A stretch of DNA of 11,681 nt from a virus. The notes beneath the pieces were generated by a model. That model was given only the letters and a program-made list of their open reading frames with translations, did no database searches and had not been told where the DNA came from. The position numbers and the translations under genes are program-made. The stretch lies in the UHGV virus genome UHGV-0168755. One strand, 5' to 3'. Positions 6,899 through 11,681 of this stretch are shown in pieces (position 1 is the first letter of the stretch; each line of letters starts with the position of its first letter).

Positions 6899-7040
6899 CC
6901 GTAATTCGTATCCCATGACAAAAACATTCTGTCCGGTTACGTGTGCTAACCACCCGTTTAACGGATCGTCGTAATAGATTTCAAAACTGACAACGGGCTT
7001 TAGTCGGAACCAACGTTCGTTACACGGGATCGAATTAATC

Positions 7041-9353
7041 TCACTCGTCGTCAAAAGCCTCTTCTTCATCATCGTCTTCTTCGTCGTCACCTGCCCTCTC
7101 TGATTTCTTAACGTATTGTACTTCTGCTAATTCCTTGTACAGTTCGTCTTCTTCCTCGACTTTATCGTAGAAATCCGATAACAGTCTCATCCTGTTCTTA
7201 TCCATCATGAACACACCTAAGCATTCCAGAATGTGATAGTAAGGTTCAACTGTAGAGAAAGCCGTGCGACGAATGTCCGCGATAGCGATCAGTTCTTTAG
7301 GAATACCGTAGTTTTCCACCAAATGTTCTGGCAGAATCAACGTTTTGTATTTACGGTAGTTCGTCTCTTCAAACCACGCCGCTGCACCGTTTTTGATAAT
7401 CGGATCTTCTATACTGTCAACCCATTCTTTAATCTTCGTTTTGTTTTCCAACGTTACCGGAAGTTTCACAGCATCGTACGGCGGTTCTTCCAAGTAACCA
7501 AACTTCGGACCAAAGATAGCATTATACATTCGGTGATAGTGATAGTTCTTTTCGTCCTTCTCGTTATAAGCTGCACGCTCTTTAATGTTTGTCGTTTTCA
7601 GATACCCTGGATTACCGGAACGAATGGAATCCATAATCGTGTGCTCGATTTGCGCAACCTTTTCCAGTAATGGAATGATTTCAATTTGGTCACCGCGACC
7701 AACAACCTCACACAACCCCTTAATGGTATTCTTAAACTCCTTCATGATAATCGGCGGAATATTCGACGTACGTAAAGACACGCCTTTTACTTCCAACTCG
7801 GGATCTTTCTTCAACTGACCTTCCTGGCCGGTAATCAATGAGAAGTAGTGTTTTGCTTTGGTAGTTAAGGCAAATGAATCGAACTTAAATTCATTTTTCA
7901 TCGCATAAAGGAATAAACGCTCTTTTGCCACACCGATATTTGCAGACATACTCGCCATCAAATGACGTAAGTGTTGTGTAGCAATATAAATCATTGCATT
8001 GGAAACACGAGTCGCTACTTCACCGTAATGTTTACCGGTGTACCAGATTGCCCACCACTGTGCGGTCATCATGGTAGAGTCAGTATCAGATACCACACCA
8101 ACACGACGAACCACATCTGGCATTCTAGCGATATTAATCGGTAGGTTTTTTGTCGTGAGAATATTACGAATCAGTAACGCGTATTTACCGATTGTTTTCT
8201 GCAAGAACACCGCAGAACGAATCAGCTCTTTATAACCTTCTTGCTGATCCCACGGCAAGGGCTTTTTATTACCGTCAAGTTTCTTAACGTCGCTGAACGC
8301 TTTACCCATCGGTACCACGTCAGTGCGGAACTGTGAGATAATAATCTGCATATCGCCGTCGATGGTCTTCTCAGCAGCAGACCAATCCTCATCACTCCAA
8401 CCGTCGGTATCGACTCGCACTTCAGGAGTAATTAACGCGCCAATAAAATCACGCATGAATTTGTCGTTGTACTTCGCCAGGTGGAAAAAGTCACCCATGT
8501 ATACAAACGCTGCACGCGTTAACGGCGAAACATTACTAACATAATGCTCAACGAACTCCATCCCTTCTTCATTCTTAAAGTAGAAGTCTGCGGAGTAATG
8601 GATAACATCCATTACTTCTTCTACGGTCGGATAATGAAGTTCGTACGTCTCCATACATTTCTTAAAGCTGTTCCAATCGGTTAAAGTACCGATAGATAAG
8701 AAATGATCGATAATTCGTGATGGGGTATCGTAATGACGGTTGCCACCTAACAAACGCTCGTTGCCCGCATTGCCAAACGAGGTTGCAGTACGGCAGGTGG
8801 ACGTCAGCACAGAGTGCGAAGACTGGTTGAAGATAATGGTATACGGAGAAGAGAATGCGCCCGACATCCCGTTGTTCAGTGTCTTAACCGCGTTCTGTTC
8901 GTTCTTTTTGTTGATCTTTAATACTTCATTACCAGCAGCAGCAGCGGCAAACATCTCTTTCTTTACCGCAGCACGTTTCGCTACGTTGGCTGCTGTGAAT
9001 TCCGACAGCTTAGAACGTTTGATGTGTTCTGGAATATAAAAAGTTAACGAAGGTGCAGAGATGATCTGTTTATCAATAACGGTTTTAAATAGCTTATCAA
9101 CAGTTGTATATTTTTCCTCACGATCGCCCGTTTTCTGGTTACGCACCCACATCTTACACACGGGGGACTCGGTGGATAACTCACCGCCCGGTGCAACAAG
9201 TGCATCGACTTCTTGACGGCAAAACTCTAAAGGATATTTTTGTGCTGTCACGTTATGAATGTATAACGCAACCTGTTCACGGTAGGCATCGTTGATATCA
9301 ATATCGCGATGGTATTCGTCTACCGATAAACGAAAAGGAGAATTGTATTCCAC
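7041..9353 (-). CDS. hypothetical 770-aa protein with polyacidic C-terminus (DDEEDDDEEEAFDDE); function unknown
   Basis: GTG start at 9351-9353 with GAGG 6 nt upstream; first gene after the terminator at 9408-9446. Contains VVSDTDS and ALLIRNILT segments that loosely resemble DNA polymerase family B motifs C and B, but no convincing catalytic motif A. Confidence 0.75.
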   Translation of the reverse strand: MEYNSPFRLSVDEYHRDIDINDAYREQVALYIHNVTAQKYPLEFCRQEVDALVAPGGELSTESPVCKMWVRNQKTGDREEKYTTVDKLFKTVIDKQIISAPSLTFYIPEHIKRSKLSEFTAANVAKRAAVKKEMFAAAAAGNEVLKINKKNEQNAVKTLNNGMSGAFSSPYTIIFNQSSHSVLTSTCRTATSFGNAGNERLLGGNRHYDTPSRIIDHFLSIGTLTDWNSFKKCMETYELHYPTVEEVMDVIHYSADFYFKNEEGMEFVEHYVSNVSPLTRAAFVYMGDFFHLAKYNDKFMRDFIGALITPEVRVDTDGWSDEDWSAAEKTIDGDMQIIISQFRTDVVPMGKAFSDVKKLDGNKKPLPWDQQEGYKELIRSAVFLQKTIGKYALLIRNILTTKNLPINIARMPDVVRRVGVVSDTDSTMMTAQWWAIWYTGKHYGEVATRVSNAMIYIATQHLRHLMASMSANIGVAKERLFLYAMKNEFKFDSFALTTKAKHYFSLITGQEGQLKKDPELEVKGVSLRTSNIPPIIMKEFKNTIKGLCEVVGRGDQIEIIPLLEKVAQIEHTIMDSIRSGNPGYLKTTNIKERAAYNEKDEKNYHYHRMYNAIFGPKFGYLEEPPYDAVKLPVTLENKTKIKEWVDSIEDPIIKNGAAAWFEETNYRKYKTLILPEHLVENYGIPKELIAIADIRRTAFSTVEPYYHILECLGVFMMDKNRMRLLSDFYDKVEEEDELYKELAEVQYVKKSERAGDDEEDDDEEEAFDDE

Positions 9354-9407
9354 AGCTGACCTCTAAAAAGGCAGTTTAACTCGGCTATAAGGAGGGCGGG
9401 TAACGTG

Positions 9408-9446
9408 AAAAAAAAAAGAAAAAAAAAACCCTCTCCGAAGAGAGGG
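9408..9446 (-). terminator. strong intrinsic terminator ending the upstream four-gene operon
   Basis: 7-bp stem CCCTCTC-CGAA-GAGAGGG (9429-9446) followed immediately on the minus strand by a run of about 20 U (plus-strand A-run 9408-9428). Confidence 0.8.
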
Positions 9447-9454
9447 CATTCCGA

Positions 9455-9868
9455 TTAACCTGCGGCGTTTTCAATGATTTCGATTTCCACATCATTAAAG
9501 CCGCGCGCTGCCAACGCAGCTTCCAGATCTTCTTTCTCTTGTTTGTTGTCAAGCTGCACAACAAAACGAGCCGTCAAACTGGTAATTACTCTTACTTCAC
9601 GTACCCACGCATCTGCCGCAACGCCCACTTTACCCGTAGAATCACGGAACAACATGTAGTTGTACGCCGTAAGATCATTCGTCGGTTGCCCTACCAGCGA
9701 CGAATAAATGTTCTTCTGGATAGCAGCCAGATCTTCGCCTGCGGTTTTTGCGAATTCGTAACCGACTTTCGACGCGAGTACACGAACTCGCGTTTCGTTG
9801 CCTTTCAATGGGGTATCGTAAACAATGTTTACAATAGACCCTGGTTCAATGCTACTAAAATCAAACAT
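9455..9868 (-). CDS. hypothetical protein (137 aa from ATG 9866-9868; the ORF track starts 2 codons earlier at a GTG)
   Basis: GAGGAG RBS 5 nt upstream of the ATG; start overlaps the TGA of the upstream gene in ATGTTTGA (translational coupling); followed by the strong terminator. Confidence 0.7.
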   Translation of the reverse strand: MFDFSSIEPGSIVNIVYDTPLKGNETRVRVLASKVGYEFAKTAGEDLAAIQKNIYSSLVGQPTNDLTAYNYMLFRDSTGKVGVAADAWVREVRVITSLTARFVVQLDNKQEKEDLEAALAARGFNDVEIEIIENAAG

Positions 9869-10475
9869 TGTCACTCCTCAACATTGTGATGTCCAGATGG
9901 AACGTAACGTAAACACCCGAAACGGTACCTAAGTTGTCGTGTAACGATAAGTTTAAACACAAGCTCTCAATACCGCTTTTGTGCGCGGTACGAAAGAGCT
10001 GGATAGCGGGTAGACAATCGTTCTCGTAAATCTCGAGAATACTATCACGAAGAATTTCTATCGCGTGTTCACGCAACACATCCCAAGAAGACCCGCCTTG
10101 TATTTTACACAACTCATAGATTTCCAGAAGGGGTCGCATATCCTCAATCATGTCTTCCGTATAACTGGTTTCCATCATTGAGTTAAATTCCCACTGCCGG
10201 TATTCAGCATTTAACCGTTTCAGGTAACTGTCTAACTCTTTCAGTTCCCTTTTATTGCCAGGAAAGCTACACGCTTCCGATAGCTCACTGATCGCGGTAT
10301 TGATATATCGCGTTGCTTCATCCGTCGTCTCTATCGTTGTAGGAAAAGGCACTCGCATACAGCGAAAGCGCATTAGGGTTCTTACTAACTTATCTTTGTA
10401 GAAATCGCCATCCGTGGCGTATTCCAGTAACCCTAAGTTCGGACGGATGAAATGATCACCCCGTACTTTGTACAT
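9861..10475 (-). CDS. hypothetical protein (204 aa)
   Basis: ATG at 10473-10475 directly abuts the TGA of the upstream gene (10476-10478); AGAGG RBS 5 nt upstream. Confidence 0.7.
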   Translation of the reverse strand: MYKVRGDHFIRPNLGLLEYATDGDFYKDKLVRTLMRFRCMRVPFPTTIETTDEATRYINTAISELSEACSFPGNKRELKELDSYLKRLNAEYRQWEFNSMMETSYTEDMIEDMRPLLEIYELCKIQGGSSWDVLREHAIEILRDSILEIYENDCLPAIQLFRTAHKSGIESLCLNLSLHDNLGTVSGVYVTFHLDITMLRSDNV

Positions 10476-10928
10476 TCAAACCTCTATGCAAATAAATCCA
10501 CTCCCAATCTCATTCATAAACAAAGATACTTTAGTTTTCTTCGATCCTTTTTCAGGCGTTAACCCGGACTGACACCAGAGTGTTTCCACCAGATTACGGA
10601 TACGAAAATAGTCCACATCCTTTTCTATTTCAAACTGCAACAAAGAATGGGAGAATATGCGAACTTCATCGACTGGGAACAGTTGTGCTAATTGCGTGAA
10701 AATAAATTGGTGATTGGGTGGGATGAACGTCAGAAACGTTTCACCCTCACCCAAACGACGTACCACCGAACGTACGGATTCCTCTGCATACTTCGCCAGG
10801 AACCAGTACGCTATGTGTGGTGCTACCGAACCAATATCCGCATTGTCAACCCGTGAATGTAAACGCTCCGGGAGATACACTTCCGAAATTTCCATAAACA
10901 GTTTCATTGCAGACCAACACCAAATCAT
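10476..10928 (-). CDS. hypothetical protein (about 150 aa); start uncertain, overlaps the upstream gene by 50-98 nt or is joined to it by a frameshift
   Basis: ORF-track start at 10943 is a TTG. In-frame ATGs at 10926-10928 (GGGGA upstream), 10907 and 10895 all lie inside the 3' end of ORF 10846-11352. Confidence 0.5.
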   Translation of the reverse strand: MIWCWSAMKLFMEISEVYLPERLHSRVDNADIGSVAPHIAYWFLAKYAEESVRSVVRRLGEGETFLTFIPPNHQFIFTQLAQLFPVDEVRIFSHSLLQFEIEKDVDYFRIRNLVETLWCQSGLTPEKGSKKTKVSLFMNEIGSGFICIEV

Positions 10929-11352
10929 TGAACGTTTCCCCAATCCAACGTGTCAAAGGACCAGGAAACATAGAATTAATCAACGCAGCTAATCCTGTCT
11001 GCGTCACGAGTTCGTTTTGCAGTATCTCCGCCGCATGGCAAATCGCTACCATGTGGTTATTCTCATCCCCTACTGTGGAGAGAAACGTGATACTTTCTAC
11101 AGTTACGCCAGGGATCGTATTTTCGTCGTATGCGGTGACGGTAACCAGCTCTTTTAGCAGCTCAGGGTTACGTGCCTTCGCTGCGATAATGTACGCAGTA
11201 CCAAAGTCTTCATAGAGTCTACGGACATCGTGCTCGTAGACGTCTAAACGACCTGCTTCTAAAACGTCTACCAATACGTCCCGTACTGCTTCGTAGAATC
11301 GGGTTCTGCCGTAATTTTGTACCTCTTGTGCGACGTAATAGACATACTGCAT
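10846..11352 (-). CDS. hypothetical protein (168 aa)
   Basis: ATG at 11350-11352 overlaps the TAA of the upstream partial gene (TAATG arrangement). Confidence 0.65.
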   Translation of the reverse strand: MQYVYYVAQEVQNYGRTRFYEAVRDVLVDVLEAGRLDVYEHDVRRLYEDFGTAYIIAAKARNPELLKELVTVTAYDENTIPGVTVESITFLSTVGDENNHMVAICHAAEILQNELVTQTGLAALINSMFPGPLTRWIGETFNDLVLVCNETVYGNFGSVSPGAFTFTG

Positions 11353-11634
11353 TATAAGACCTTCCCAGCCAGGTTACCCAGCAACAGTTCTACAATCGTT
11401 TGCATATTCGGCGTCAGTTGTTGTAACAAAGCCGGTTCTTCGTATTCTGGGTACTTTACTTGCTCGTACCTTACCAGAAACTCTACCGCACCTGGCTTTT
11501 GTGCACAATAACGCGCACCTATCCACTGGCCGTATCGTGTAAACCAATACGGCTCTGTCGACACCGCCACCACAAAACTCTTCGCCACCTCCTGTGTCGA
11601 TTTTATATATTCCATTGCACGTTCACCATCTAAC
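11352..11634 (-). CDS. hypothetical protein, 5'-partial or starting at ATG about 11613-11615; the ORF-track N-terminus MGSEMCIRDR is adapter-encoded
   Basis: The frame is open from the insert edge. The first 10 codons of the track ORF are translated from the adapter CTGTCTCTTATACACATCTCCGAGCCCAC. A candidate real start, ATG (MEYIKSTQ...), has a weak GGTGA upstream. Confidence 0.5.
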
Positions 11635-11681
11635 CTGTCTCTTATACACATCTCCGAGCCCACGAGACCCTAAGACATCTC
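11635..11681. other. Illumina Nextera adapter (mosaic end CTGTCTCTTATACACATCT + CCGAGCCCACGAGAC + index CCTAAGAC + ATCTC); library artefact
   Basis: Exact reverse complement of positions 1-50; canonical adapter sequence. Position may be off by 1 nt. Confidence 0.95.

Noticed and set aside
7233-9295. Several plus-strand ORFs (7233-7670, 7585-7818, 8038-8235, 8323-8544, 8740-9039, 9104-9295) inside the 770-aa gene
   Set aside because: All are short, antisense to a long well-supported CDS and lack start signals; treated as chance ORFs.
1-11681. Terminal inverted repeats of a transposon or linear plasmid
   Set aside because: The 47-50 nt inverted termini are exact Illumina Nextera adapter sequence.

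Overview
The window is an 11.68 kb contig capped at both ends by Illumina Nextera adapter sequence (1-50 and about 11635-11681, mutually reverse-complementary), so the biological insert is about 51-11634. The insert looks like densely packed phage DNA: nearly all genes on the minus strand, Shine-Dalgarno sites, overlapping stop/start codons and several intrinsic terminators. The key recognisable gene is a divergent multisubunit RNA polymerase beta' N-terminal subunit (zinc finger, GR..I, NPTL..L.IQ and DFDGDQ motifs). It is interrupted just upstream of the catalytic DFDGD codons by a roughly 360 nt ORF-less group I intron whose conserved core elements can be read directly. Immediately upstream on the same strand is a 615-aa gene with strongly optimised codon usage, which by size, expression signature and position I interpret as a candidate phage-nucleus shell protein (chimallin); a major virion protein is the alternative. 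Together these suggest a chimallivirus-like jumbo phage of an enterobacterial-type host. Other notable points are a duplicated 30-bp motif in the divergent intergenic region, a 770-aa protein with a polyacidic C-terminus, and a four-gene coupled operon with one long overlap. Most remaining ORFs have no function I can recognise. Coordinates near the 3' end may be off by 1 nt because the printed sequence appears to contain one more base than the stated length.
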